Of a stretch of 64,000 bases of DNA, positions 10,199 to 19,900 are shown one piece after another. The stretch spans positions 462,823-526,822 of the forward strand of contig CP066690.1 in assembly GCA_016432465.1 (NCBI GenBank), written 5' to 3'. The first letter of the stretch is position 1. The number at the start of each line of letters is the position of its first letter. Both the position numbers and the translations under genes were made by a program. The stretch is from Candidatus Sungiibacteriota bacterium (GTDB lineage: Bacteria > Patescibacteriota > Minisyncoccia > Sungbacterales > HO2-52-23). The notes under the pieces were generated by a model that searched no databases, was not told where the DNA came from, and worked only from the letters and a program-made list of their open reading frames with translations.

Positions 10199-12693
10199 TT
10201 TATAGCCGCAAAAAAACGTTAATAATAGTTCTCGGGGCCGCAGTGCTTATGCTTGGTTGGGTTTTGGTTTCAACCCACATTGCCGCTGCCGGTCCAACGC
10301 CAACAGGCCCGGTTGCTGTTTCTCCTCTTCAAAACGCCCTTGTCGGAACTTTGGGAAATCTCGGAAACGCTGCTTCCGCGGCCATTGCCATACTTGTGGG
10401 ACTGGCGCTTTTACAGTCGTTTTTGGCGGTTATCCTTGGTTATGTTGGCGTCCTTCTTAATAATCTTTTTTACTACAATACCATCCTGAACCCCTCCAAC
10501 ATTACAGTGGTTCAGGAGGGCTGGGCTATTGCCCGCGATGTGGCTAATGGCCTGTTTATCCTGATTTTGCTTTGGATTGCCTTTACCATTATTTTCAACG
10601 TTGAAAATCTTGGGGGTAAAAAACTAATAGTCCGGGTAATTTTAATTGCGCTTCTTATAAATTTTAGTCTGGCTATGGTATCGGCGGTTTTTGCTTTTTC
10701 CAACGTTCTGGCGCGCCCATTTCAAAACATCATCAAGGACCACGATGTGGCCGGCCTTATTATCGCACGCTCCAAACTCCACACCATTGTATCGCAGGTA
10801 AGAGACGAGGGTGTTATTCATGATTTTGAAAAAGAGGCGCTGAAGCGCGACCTTGAGGAACAAGCTAAAAGGTCCCAAGAATCCGGGGCCGGAGAACTGG
10901 GCGGAGAAATAAGCCGGAGGGCGGGTCAAAATTCGCTTCTGGCGTATCTCGGAGCGCCCAAAACCGCAGAAGCAGCTATAGACTTGAGAATGCTGGCGAT
11001 CTGCGGCCTAGGCGCCTTATCCGGCGTAGGAACGCCGGGCGGAGTGGTTTGTCTTGGTGCCACTATTGCCGGCGCCTTACTGGCTTCGCTGGGAGGCTGG
11101 TTCGTGGCCGGCTCCCTGATCCAAACCGGCTGGAACGCTGTTTTAAATCTTGCGGTCTCAAATATTTTCCTTATTTTAGCCACCTTTGCGATGGCAACAG
11201 CCGCTATTGTGCTTTTGGCTCGTATTATTGCCATGGTGTTTCTGGCCACACTTGCGCCCATTGCCCTGATGCTGCATATGATTCCCGGGGGTTTTGCCCA
11301 AAAACTCTGGAATGACTGGCTAAGCAGTGTTATAAAGTGGGCTTTTTATGCGCCGGCGTTTTACTTTCTTTTTTTCATGTCTTTGCGGGTGTTGGGGGAG
11401 CTGTCTAAAGGAACGCAATTTTTCGACGAGCCGGTCCCATTCCAAGGAAACGTATTTGCGGTCATGGCCCTGCTTGTCTTTCTTGGTTTTCTCTATGCAT
11501 CCATAATTGTGGCGCGCAAAATGGGTATAACGGTGGCCGACAGCTTTATTGGCTGGGGTAAAAAAATGGGGGCAGGCGCGCTTGGTTTGGCCGGCGGGGT
11601 TGTGGGCGGAGCAATCAGCCGCACGGGTTCTGCCCTGTTTAGAACCGTTGCTCCTGCCGGAGGAAGAATACAGCAGACGCTGCAGAAATCTGCCGGCGTA
11701 CCGTGGCTGCGGACGCTGGGCGGAGTTGCCGCCGGCGCTTATCTGGGGAGGATGACCGCGGAGAAAAAGGGCGTTGAGGACGCCTCCTCAAAATTGGCCT
11801 CGTACAGCAAAGAGGAGAAAGTCGCGGCCCTGCGCCGCGCCGTTACCGCCAAAGATACCGTGGCTGCGGCCCGGGCTCTTGGAAAAGATATCAACGACCC
11901 AACTATTTCTGAAGATCAAAAAAACCGCGCTCTGCGTCTGGCAACTCAATATGGAATGCAGATGGACCTTTTGAAGTTTATGCCGGAGAAAGCCACAAAG
12001 GACCTTGTCCCCGGGGCCAGTAGCGAGACGGACGCAATTGATAAGGTTGTATCCCGTATAAAACCAGATGAGTTGCCTAACATTTCTGAAAAATCACTGG
12101 AGAAAGAACCCGTCCAAATAGCTCTTCGCAAATATCTTACGCCAGAACACCTAAAACAGGTTGCCCGCAGTCCGCGCCCGGAACTGCTGACAAACATAAT
12201 TAGTGCCCTCAACGGCACAGGTTTAAGAAGAGAAACTTACAATTTCCTTGAAAGCGGTGGCGGCCGGGCAATCGGACTATACCTTCCCCCCAAGGCGCGC
12301 ATGGCCGCAGCCGGTGAAGAAGAAGAAAGAATAACAAAAGCCGGAGAAATTCTGGAACGCACCAAAAAGGGTCTTCAACAGACAAGGCGGGAAAAGCTAG
12401 GGATGGAGGGAAACATAGAGGCTCTGGAAAACACCGTAAGCGCGCTGCTTTCCGGGCTTGCGGCGTTACCCGAAGAAGAAAGGGGGGATGTGAAAAAAGA
12501 AATAGGACGTCTTAGGAATATTGAAATCGTTAAACTTAGAAATCATCTTGATGTTTTGAACAAGCGCATCAGGGCGCTGGAAACAGAACATAAAGAGGCG
12601 GAGGATGTGTTGGGCGGACCCAGGACAAGACCGACGGACGCTGCTGTTCCGCCGCCCGTCGGGATGCCGGAAGAAGAGGAAGAAGAAAGATAA
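10195..12693 (+). CDS. polytopic membrane protein, VirB6/TrbL-like candidate with a long cytoplasmic coiled-coil C-terminal extension
   Basis: 832 aa; at least six long hydrophobic helices in the N-terminal 450 aa; Gly-rich loops; charged coiled-coil tail ending EEEEEER; lies next to a VirB4-type ATPase. Confidence 0.5.
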   Translation: MIYSRKKTLIIVLGAAVLMLGWVLVSTHIAAAGPTPTGPVAVSPLQNALVGTLGNLGNAASAAIAILVGLALLQSFLAVILGYVGVLLNNLFYYNTILNPSNITVVQEGWAIARDVANGLFILILLWIAFTIIFNVENLGGKKLIVRVILIALLINFSLAMVSAVFAFSNVLARPFQNIIKDHDVAGLIIARSKLHTIVSQVRDEGVIHDFEKEALKRDLEEQAKRSQESGAGELGGEISRRAGQNSLLAYLGAPKTAEAAIDLRMLAICGLGALSGVGTPGGVVCLGATIAGALLASLGGWFVAGSLIQTGWNAVLNLAVSNIFLILATFAMATAAIVLLARIIAMVFLATLAPIALMLHMIPGGFAQKLWNDWLSSVIKWAFYAPAFYFLFFMSLRVLGELSKGTQFFDEPVPFQGNVFAVMALLVFLGFLYASIIVARKMGITVADSFIGWGKKMGAGALGLAGGVVGGAISRTGSALFRTVAPAGGRIQQTLQKSAGVPWLRTLGGVAAGAYLGRMTAEKKGVEDASSKLASYSKEEKVAALRRAVTAKDTVAAARALGKDINDPTISEDQKNRALRLATQYGMQMDLLKFMPEKATKDLVPGASSETDAIDKVVSRIKPDELPNISEKSLEKEPVQIALRKYLTPEHLKQVARSPRPELLTNIISALNGTGLRRETYNFLESGGGRAIGLYLPPKARMAAAGEEEERITKAGEILERTKKGLQQTRREKLGMEGNIEALENTVSALLSGLAALPEEERGDVKKEIGRLRNIEIVKLRNHLDVLNKRIRALETEHKEAEDVLGGPRTRPTDAAVPPPVGMPEEEEEER

Positions 12694-12697
12694 AACC

Positions 12698-13399
12698 ATG
12701 CCTGCTTATACCCAAAAAGAACTAATAGAGCGTTTCCAAAAACTTCCGGCTATTCTGCAGGATGCGCTATTTAGCGGCGATCTTACCGGCAAGATTTTTG
12801 AGACTGGGAAAAAATTTGGTTTAACCATTGAAAAAATAGGATTTTTGGCAGAAGAGGTTGGTTACGTGATACTGGGTCTTACCCGACCAGGCGAATTTGC
12901 AGCCAAACTGGCTGACCGCCTTGGGGTTGATCTGAACTCTGCCAAAACTATTGCCCTTGATATAAATCACAAAGTTTTTTCCCAGCTGCGTGAAGCGCTA
13001 AAGTCGGCACACGAAACAGAAATCACCGCGGAAGAAATACAAAGGGCAGAACCGCTGGTGCGGGTTGCCCCAACCGCGCCTCCTCCGGCTCCAGCCGCGC
13101 CGACCTCAATTCCATCAGCCGCTCCGCGGCCAGCAACCCCAAAAGAAGTAGTTCCTCCCCAGCCGCAACCAAAACCCCAGCCGCTGCAGCCAGCCGCAAA
13201 AGAAGAGCCTGTTCGGATCCCGCAAACACCACAACCTCCACAATCCAAAATTCCGCCCATTGACCTCCGGCGGGAACAAAGACCAGCGATGCAACCGCCA
13301 ACAGCAACCCCCCAACCAGAGTCAAAACCGCCAGCTCCCGTTCCGGAAAAGAAAACACCACATTCGGGTTTTGACCCGTACAGAGAACCCATAGAATAA
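12698..13399 (+). CDS. hypothetical protein with a Pro-rich low-complexity C-terminal half
   Basis: The ATG at 12698 gives MPAYTQKELIERFQKLPAIL. The second half is a PAPAAPTSIPSAAPRPATP...PQPQPKPQPLQP linker. The 12605 start in the ORF track overlaps the upstream gene. Confidence 0.5.
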   Translation: MPAYTQKELIERFQKLPAILQDALFSGDLTGKIFETGKKFGLTIEKIGFLAEEVGYVILGLTRPGEFAAKLADRLGVDLNSAKTIALDINHKVFSQLREALKSAHETEITAEEIQRAEPLVRVAPTAPPPAPAAPTSIPSAAPRPATPKEVVPPQPQPKPQPLQPAAKEEPVRIPQTPQPPQSKIPPIDLRREQRPAMQPPTATPQPESKPPAPVPEKKTPHSGFDPYREPIE

Positions 13400-13428
13400 C
13401 CATGATTTTTTAAAGACTTGGTACCATT

Positions 13429-13854
13429 ATGCGCCAATTTCAGGTTCCACAATTTATTACTGTAGAGGATCGCGTTATCGGTCCCCTAACAATTAGACAG
13501 GCCCTTTACGTAGGCGCCGGGGTTCTTCTGGTTTTAGGCGCGCGCACCCTGCTTGAACCCTTTCTTTTTGTGCCCACGGCCATACTTATCGGGGTTCTGA
13601 CCGCTTCTCTTGCTTTTCTTAAAATAGGCGAGAGGCCGTTTCCGCTGATTTTGAAAAACGCGGTTTTTTACCTGCTCCGTCCCAGATTGTACATCTGGAA
13701 AAAGAGCGTGGTCGAGAAAAAACCAGCAGGGGTCGCAGCCCCCAAGTCGGAAGTTCTGGTAAAAAGCATCCCCAAGCTTTCCCAGTCCAAACTTTCTGAC
13801 CTTGCCTGGAGCTTAGACATTAAAGAAAAAGCCAACCCACCACCTTCGTCGTAG
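13429..13854 (+). CDS. small two-TM membrane protein, PrgI/VirB3-like candidate
   Basis: 141 aa with two adjacent hydrophobic helices (LYVGAGVLLVLGA and VPTAILIGVLTASLAFL) upstream of the VirB4-type ATPase, the usual position of VirB3/PrgI. Confidence 0.45.
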   Translation: MRQFQVPQFITVEDRVIGPLTIRQALYVGAGVLLVLGARTLLEPFLFVPTAILIGVLTASLAFLKIGERPFPLILKNAVFYLLRPRLYIWKKSVVEKKPAGVAAPKSEVLVKSIPKLSQSKLSDLAWSLDIKEKANPPPSS

Positions 13855-13910
13855 GACTTCCTGCGTGGCGGCGGGGCATAATTTAGTAATAAAAGTGGTA
13901 AAATAACAAG

Positions 13911-14552
13911 ATGCCAACAGCAACTTCGGCTCAAGAATTTTTAGCCATTGATACTGTACGGGAGGATGCCGTTGTCTTAAAGGACGGGGGACTGCGCGTT
14001 GTTTTGATGTGCTCTTCCTTAAATTTCGCTTTAAAATCTTCCGAGGAACAGGATGCGGTCATCTTTCAGTACCAAAACTTTTTAAATTCGCTTGATTTTT
14101 CGCTGCAATTTGTAATTCACTCCCGTAAGTTAAACATAGAGCCGTATCTGGAGTCGCTAAAAGAGCGCCAAAAAGAAGAAGACAGCGACCTGCTAAAAAT
14201 TCAAATATACGAATACCAGGAGTTTATAAAAACCTTTGTTTCCATGACCAACATTATGTCAAAAACTTTTTACGTGGTTGTTCCCTTCACGCCGAGCGCT
14301 CTTGAAAGGGGGGGGTTTTGGAGAGACTGGCTGGAAACGCTGGGCCTTTCCCCACAAAAAAAACAAAACTCCACCGGTCTTTTTGAGGAACATAAAAATC
14401 AGCTTTGGCAGAGAGTGGACACAGCCGTTTCCGGCTTACACAGCTTTGGAATCAGGGCAGTGCCCCTCAACACCGAGGAGTTAATAGAGCTTTTCTACGG
14501 ACTTTATAACCCCACGGAGTTTGAAAAAACCATTGCCCCCGGCGAGGGTTAA
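13911..14552 (+). CDS. hypothetical protein of the T4SS-like cluster
   Basis: 213-aa soluble ORF immediately upstream of the VirB4-like gene, 20 nt away; no recognisable motif. Confidence 0.5.
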   Translation: MPTATSAQEFLAIDTVREDAVVLKDGGLRVVLMCSSLNFALKSSEEQDAVIFQYQNFLNSLDFSLQFVIHSRKLNIEPYLESLKERQKEEDSDLLKIQIYEYQEFIKTFVSMTNIMSKTFYVVVPFTPSALERGGFWRDWLETLGLSPQKKQNSTGLFEEHKNQLWQRVDTAVSGLHSFGIRAVPLNTEELIELFYGLYNPTEFEKTIAPGEG

Positions 14553-14572
14553 ATTCTGTGGGATAAAAAACT

Positions 14573-16381
14573 ATGGCCTTGTTTGGAAAAAAAGAAAAAA
14601 AACCAGAAGAAGAAATCTTTGCGGTATTCCCGGAAGAAATATATCGGGCTGGGGAGCTGGCGTTAAAAGACGTCCTTGCGCCCTCGGCTCTGGAGGTAAA
14701 ACCAACCTACGTCAGGCTGGGCGCTAAACTTGCGCACATGGTTTTTGTCTTCTCTTATCCGCGCTATCTCCACACCAACTGGTTTAGTCCCATAATCAAC
14801 CTGGATAAACTCTTTGATATATCCATGTACGTGCACCCGGTTGATACCGCCTCCATACTAAAAACGCTGCGCAGAAAAGTAGCTCAGGTGCAGTCGCAAA
14901 TTTCCATGCGTGAAGAAAAAGGACTGGTGCGCGATCCCATACTGGACACGGCCTACAGAGACCTGGAAGAGCTGCGTGACAAACTGCAACAGGCAACTGA
15001 AAAATTGTTCAATTTCGGTCTATACCTCACGATCTACGGCTTTTCGGAAGACGAAATAAATAAAACCGAGAGCGAAATAAAGTCGGTATTGGAAGCGCGC
15101 TTGGTCTACACCAAACCGGCCCTCTTCCAACAAAAAGAGGCGTTTCAGTCGGTTCTGCCGCTAAATACCGATAAACTAAACATTAACACCTACCTTAACT
15201 CCTCGCCTGTGTCCTCAACTTTTCCGTTTGTTTCCTTTGACCTTACCTCCAACAGAGGAATTCTCTACGGCATAAATCGCCACAACAACAGCTTGGTTCT
15301 TTTTGACCGCTTCTCCCTGCCCAACTACAACTCTGTTATCTTTGGGACGGCCGGTGGGGGGAAAAGCTACCTTTCCAAGCTTGAGATTCTGCGCTCGCTC
15401 ATGTGGGGAGTGGACGTAATTGTCATAGACCCGGAGCGGGAGTACGAATACTTATCGCAAGCCGTAGGCGGATCTTACGTAAACATTTCGTTGACTTCCA
15501 AAAACCACATAAACCCCTTTGACCTGCCTATTCCGCGCGAGGACGAATCTCCGGCCGACGTTCTTCGCTCCAACACCGTAAACCTGATCGGTCTTTTCCG
15601 CCTGATGTTGGGGGGACTGACGCCGGAAGAAGACGCTATTTTGGATCAGGCCATTACCGAAACCTATGCCTCGCGCGACATAACTCCAGAATCGGATTTC
15701 TCCAAGATTACCGCGCCTACGCTATCGGACTTGGAACTTGTATTGGCTTCAACCGCCGGCGGGGAGTCACTGGCCATGCGCCTCAAAAAATATACCTCCG
15801 GCACTTGGGCCGGCTTCGTTAACCAGCCAACCAATATTGAGATGAAAAACCGCCTGGTTGTTTTTTCGGTGCGCGACATGGAGGACGAACTGCGACCGGT
15901 AGGTATCTTTCTCATCCTCCGTTATATCTGGAACGTTGTTCGCACTACCCTTAAAAAAAGGCTCCTTGTGGTGGACGAGGCGTGGTGGCTTATGAAAAAC
16001 GAGGACGGCGCGTCGTTTCTTTTTGGAATTGCCAAGCGCTCCCGGAAATATTTTCTGGGCCTTTCCACCATTACGCAGGACGTGGGTGATTTTTTAAACT
16101 CCCCTTACGGAAAACCAATAATAACCAATTCCTCCCTACAAACATTGCTAAAACAATCTCCGGCCACAATTGATCTTGTGGTTAGCACCTTTAACCTAAC
16201 GGAGGAAGAAAAATTTCTGCTGTTGGAGTCGGAGCGGGGCGAGGGTATTTTCTTCGCAGGACTAAAACATATCGCCATAAAAGTCATTGCCTCCTACACC
16301 GAAGACCAAATCATAACCTCTGATCCGGCTCAGCTTCTTTTGATTAAAAAGGCTAAGGCCGAATACGCCGGGGGAGAATAG
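14573..16381 (+). CDS. VirB4/TraE/PrgJ-type conjugation or T4SS ATPase (Gram-positive type)
   Basis: 602 aa; N-terminal LAPSALEVKPTYVRLGAKLAHMVFVFSYPRY block typical of TraE/PrgJ; Walker A GTAGGGKSYLSK; Walker B LLVVDEAWWLM; conserved LSTITQD motif. Confidence 0.8.
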   Translation: MALFGKKEKKPEEEIFAVFPEEIYRAGELALKDVLAPSALEVKPTYVRLGAKLAHMVFVFSYPRYLHTNWFSPIINLDKLFDISMYVHPVDTASILKTLRRKVAQVQSQISMREEKGLVRDPILDTAYRDLEELRDKLQQATEKLFNFGLYLTIYGFSEDEINKTESEIKSVLEARLVYTKPALFQQKEAFQSVLPLNTDKLNINTYLNSSPVSSTFPFVSFDLTSNRGILYGINRHNNSLVLFDRFSLPNYNSVIFGTAGGGKSYLSKLEILRSLMWGVDVIVIDPEREYEYLSQAVGGSYVNISLTSKNHINPFDLPIPREDESPADVLRSNTVNLIGLFRLMLGGLTPEEDAILDQAITETYASRDITPESDFSKITAPTLSDLELVLASTAGGESLAMRLKKYTSGTWAGFVNQPTNIEMKNRLVVFSVRDMEDELRPVGIFLILRYIWNVVRTTLKKRLLVVDEAWWLMKNEDGASFLFGIAKRSRKYFLGLSTITQDVGDFLNSPYGKPIITNSSLQTLLKQSPATIDLVVSTFNLTEEEKFLLLESERGEGIFFAGLKHIAIKVIASYTEDQIITSDPAQLLLIKKAKAEYAGGE

Positions 16382-16414
16382 GAATAATTCCTGGTAAAAA
16401 GTTATAATTAATTT

Positions 16415-17404
16415 ATGACGCGTTTAACCCTACCAGTCGTGGCCCTGATTATTTGGGGCGTCTCTGCCTCGCTGTTTTCCTATGCACAGGTGTCAAATCT
16501 TTTCTCGGTTTCGTTGGTTACCAACCCGTCTTCACCGTCGCCCGGGGATACGATTAAGATTTTTGCGGCCACGCCAACACTGGATAAAAATTCAGCGGTA
16601 TTTTCTTGGTATATAGACGGCAGTCCCAAGCCCGACCTTTCCGGGCCCGGAAAAGATTCCATAAATATCACCGCCGGAAACGCTGGTTCGGCTATACGCA
16701 TACGGGTAGTTGTTGACAGCGCTGCGGACGGAAGCGCCGAGGTTTCCATGACCATACGTGTTTCGGATCTCGCCTTAACTTGGTTTGCGCAAACCCGTAT
16801 TCCGGCATGGTACAGAGGCAAAGCGCTTCCCGTCCCCGGATCCATTGTTAATATCGTGGCCATTCCGCAGATTACTACGCGTCTTGGTCCCATACGCCCC
16901 GAGGACCTAATTTATACTTGGGGTTTAAATGACGACATAAAAGTTCTTTCTGGGGTTGGGGAACAGGTGTTTCGTATTAAAACTTCTGACCTTCCCAACA
17001 CTTCGCACCACATAAAACTTGTGGTTGAAGATATTAATAAAGAGGTGCATAGAGAGGGAGAACTTTTTATAGTCCCCACCAACCCGCGGGTTGTTATTTA
17101 TAAAACCTCGCCCTTGGGCGGCGTGGAGACGCGTTCTGCCTCGACTTTTTTGGAAGCCCCCCAACAGGGCCTGATTGATTTCCAAGCAGAACCATTTTTC
17201 TTTCCGGTAACATCGCGGGGAAGCCTTAAATACCGCTGGGAAGTCGCCGGAACAGAGGTAGCGGGCGATCCGGGAAATCCTTTTATTCTGACCCTTGATA
17301 CCGCCCAACAACTGCTTAAGCAACTCGCCATATCGGTTTGGGTGGATGACGACGATGCCCTTCTACCTTCTGCCTCGGGGTCTGTAACCCTAAACTTTCC
17401 ATGA
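16415..17404 (+). CDS. secreted hypothetical protein (signal peptide, beta-rich)
   Basis: 329 aa; signal peptide LTLPVVALIIWGVSASLFSYAQV; Ig-like beta-strand-rich composition. Confidence 0.5.
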   Translation: MTRLTLPVVALIIWGVSASLFSYAQVSNLFSVSLVTNPSSPSPGDTIKIFAATPTLDKNSAVFSWYIDGSPKPDLSGPGKDSINITAGNAGSAIRIRVVVDSAADGSAEVSMTIRVSDLALTWFAQTRIPAWYRGKALPVPGSIVNIVAIPQITTRLGPIRPEDLIYTWGLNDDIKVLSGVGEQVFRIKTSDLPNTSHHIKLVVEDINKEVHREGELFIVPTNPRVVIYKTSPLGGVETRSASTFLEAPQQGLIDFQAEPFFFPVTSRGSLKYRWEVAGTEVAGDPGNPFILTLDTAQQLLKQLAISVWVDDDDALLPSASGSVTLNFP

Positions 17405-18144
17405 AGACACTTTTTTACCTAGGCCTAACGCTTCTTGTTTTGAGCCAATTCATTTATGGGGGGTTTGTGTATGCCCAAAACGGCTGCCGTAGCGAACTTA
17501 ACGGACACTGCGTTGAGGCTGCTGCGGTGGTTCAGGCCCAAATACGCGGCCTTGAGTTTTTAGATATTCCTCAAGACGCAGATATCGGAAACGTACTTTC
17601 CCGAATATATGTTTTTGGGCTGGGGCTGGTGGGCTTGGCCGCTCTTATTATGTTTATTTTAGGGGGGGTGTTGTATCTTACGGCTGGGGACTCGCAAAGT
17701 CAGGTGGGAAAAGCAAAAAGTTATATGGGCAATGCCGTTTGGGGACTGGTTTTAGCTCTGCTTTCCTGGCTTATACTTTTTACTATTAATCCTAACTTGG
17801 TAAAAAAGATTAATCTTAAGTTAAGGCCCATTAGTCTTACGGACGAGGAATTGCGCAATATACCCAAACCCGCAAACTTTATCGGCTCGGATAAGGACTG
17901 GGATTTTATAAAGGGTGGTGGGGTCAACGCCGCAACGGGCGTTAAGTGCGCAGATGGAAGGTCGGCCGTTGGCGGCGCTGTGGCCCGCAAAAAACTTAAC
18001 TGCGAATATGTCAGAATAAAAATACGGGGCGACCCGTCCCTGAAGTCTAGGGGCATAGGCATTGGGGATAACGCCGCGCCTGTTCCCTACGAAACGTGGA
18101 AGGAACAGTGCAACCGTGATGTTTGCATGGATATTGATAAATAA
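17401..18144 (+). CDS. membrane protein with a VirB2/TrbC-pilin-like hydrophobic helix pair and a Cys-rich C-terminal domain
   Basis: 247 aa; signal peptide, then two long hydrophobic helices (IYVFGLGLVGLAALIMFILGGVLYL and AVWGLVLALLSWLILFTI) as in T4SS pilins, plus a roughly 110-aa tail with about six Cys residues. Confidence 0.4.
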   Translation: MKTLFYLGLTLLVLSQFIYGGFVYAQNGCRSELNGHCVEAAAVVQAQIRGLEFLDIPQDADIGNVLSRIYVFGLGLVGLAALIMFILGGVLYLTAGDSQSQVGKAKSYMGNAVWGLVLALLSWLILFTINPNLVKKINLKLRPISLTDEELRNIPKPANFIGSDKDWDFIKGGGVNAATGVKCADGRSAVGGAVARKKLNCEYVRIKIRGDPSLKSRGIGIGDNAAPVPYETWKEQCNRDVCMDIDK

Positions 18145-18147
18145 AAC

Positions 18148-19332
18148 ATGGAGGACGATATCAAAGCTAAAAAAAGGAAAATTTATATAGTAATCGGGGC
18201 GGCCGCTGCTGCAGTCTTGGGTGTTTTTATTTACCGGGCGCTTGCTCCCGGTCAAATAACTGTTCCCCGGCCGCCGGTTCGCGTAACTGGCCGCGCGTCC
18301 GGATTCCCGGCAAAAACTCTGGAAGAAATAAGTACACTGAAAGAACTAAAACCCGGCGAAGAGCTGTCTGTGGGACCGGAGCAAAAACTTATAAAACTCA
18401 CCGACTTTTCGGTCATATCCACCGCGCTTAACAAAGAAGAAAATAAAATTCTCTTTTACAAGAAAGACGGCGGGGATCTTTTTGCCTCGGATTTTACCGG
18501 CAGAAGCTTAGAAAAAATTTCTAATATTACGGTGGTGGGTATGGTTGGGGCCGTTTGGTCTCCGTCCAAAGACCGGGCAGCCGTAATTTATCTGGACGGA
18601 GAAACCCTGCGCGGCTTTCTGCATATAGGGACCTCGTCTGTTGCGGTGCTTCCCCAAAACATTCAGGGTTTTAGCTGGTCACCGGACGGAAAGGCTATTG
18701 CCTATATTCTGCCGCTGGATGGAAAACTTTCTCTGACTTTGGCGGACGCTTCCGGAAAAAAACAAAAAGTCATTGCCGGTCTTCCGCCGCTTGATGCCTC
18801 TATCCGTTGGGTTGCAAAAGACACGATTGCCCTTGAAACCGCTGCTTCTGGTCTGGCTGAAGGCTATCTTCTTTCTTTTACTCCCTCATCGGGGCTGTTC
18901 AAAAAGATATTGGGGCCCAATTTTGGTCTTACCACCAGTTGGTCTTCGGACGGATCCCGCCTGCTTGCGTCTTACCTTGATTCTGCTGGAGGAATAGTAG
19001 GTGTTGGGGTGTACGCTCCTTCCGGAGAACTCATTGCCTCAACAGGCCTGATTACCCTGCCAGAAAAATGTTTCCTGGTGCCGTCCAATGAACTTTTCTG
19101 TGCCGTGCCCAGAGACATCCCATCCAATAGTGTTTGGCCGGACGAATACCTGAGGGGCGAACTCAACACAGCGGATCGGATCTTATCTTTTGACCTCAAA
19201 ACCGGGGCAACGCGCGAAATATTTGACAGTATAAGTTTTGACGTGTCAGAACTTTTAGTGACTAAAAACAAGGAGGCTTTGTTTTTTATAAACAGGCTGG
19301 ATGGAACACTCTGGGCACTGAAACTAAGGTAA
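18148..19332 (+). CDS. membrane-anchored beta-propeller protein (TolB-like repeats)
   Basis: 394 aa; N-terminal TM helix; repeated WSPSKDRAAVIY, WSPDGKAIAY and WSSDGSRLLAS blades. Confidence 0.55.
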   Translation: MEDDIKAKKRKIYIVIGAAAAAVLGVFIYRALAPGQITVPRPPVRVTGRASGFPAKTLEEISTLKELKPGEELSVGPEQKLIKLTDFSVISTALNKEENKILFYKKDGGDLFASDFTGRSLEKISNITVVGMVGAVWSPSKDRAAVIYLDGETLRGFLHIGTSSVAVLPQNIQGFSWSPDGKAIAYILPLDGKLSLTLADASGKKQKVIAGLPPLDASIRWVAKDTIALETAASGLAEGYLLSFTPSSGLFKKILGPNFGLTTSWSSDGSRLLASYLDSAGGIVGVGVYAPSGELIASTGLITLPEKCFLVPSNELFCAVPRDIPSNSVWPDEYLRGELNTADRILSFDLKTGATREIFDSISFDVSELLVTKNKEALFFINRLDGTLWALKLR

Positions 19333-19376
19333 CGACCGGAGTGGGGTTTACGGTTGACTTAGACTCATTAATATCA

Positions 19377-19407
19377 ACCAAAATCCGCCCTAGGGCGGAT
19401 TTTGGTT
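19377..19407. terminator. bidirectional terminator hairpin AACCAAAATCCGCCC-TAG-GGCGGATTTTGGTT between convergent genes
   Basis: Perfect 14-bp stem seen between the end of the T4SS-like cluster (plus strand) and jag (minus strand). Confidence 0.6.
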
Positions 19408-19444
19408 GGTGTTGTGGCTCGCTATTTTTGTCTGCTATATCCCC

Positions 19445-19900
19445 TTACGGGTAGGGTTTTATAATAACCCTTCTTGCTGGTTCCTGTCCTATGGACTCTG
19501 TTGTTATGTCCGGGTACTCGGCGAGGAGCAGGTGAACAATACGGCGCTCAAAAGACGACATGGGGTGAAGCGGCACTTCCCGATGATATAAACGCACCTC
19601 TCGGGCCGCATTTTTTACATCCTGTTTCAGGTCTTCTAGTTTTTTAATGCGATAATCGTTGATGTCTAGGGTAAATTTTTGTTCCTCGCCGTATTTTTTT
19701 CTTATGATTTTCTTCAGCAGATGGTCAATGGCCACCAAGTTCACGCCGCGCTCTCCAATCAGCATGCTGGAATCCTGCCGTACCCTGATGCTAAAACGGC
19801 TCGTCGTTCCCTGATGAGCCTCAATATCTTCTATGTCTTCCTCAAATCCCATATGAGTAAACATGCTTCTTATCTCTTCTTTTATACGTTCTTGTTCCAT
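19445..19900 (-). CDS. jag: Jag/KhpB-like RNA-binding protein (KH plus R3H domains)
   Basis: R3H motif in the C-terminus (SSFERRIVHLLLAEYPDITTESIGQEPARRVIIKP), followed by the minus-strand yidC-yidD-rnpA-rpmH genes. The start was placed at the internal Met (MEQERIKEE) to avoid the overlap with yidC. Confidence 0.7.
   Translation of the reverse strand: MEQERIKEEIRSMFTHMGFEEDIEDIEAHQGTTSRFSIRVRQDSSMLIGERGVNLVAIDHLLKKIIRKKYGEEQKFTLDINDYRIKKLEDLKQDVKNAAREVRLYHREVPLHPMSSFERRIVHLLLAEYPDITTESIGQEPARRVIIKPYP

Noticed and set aside
12967-13452. 161-aa Gly-rich minus-strand ORF, plus others at 13023-13403
   Set aside because: They are antisense artefacts of the Pro-rich (CCN-rich) linker of the 12698-13399 gene.
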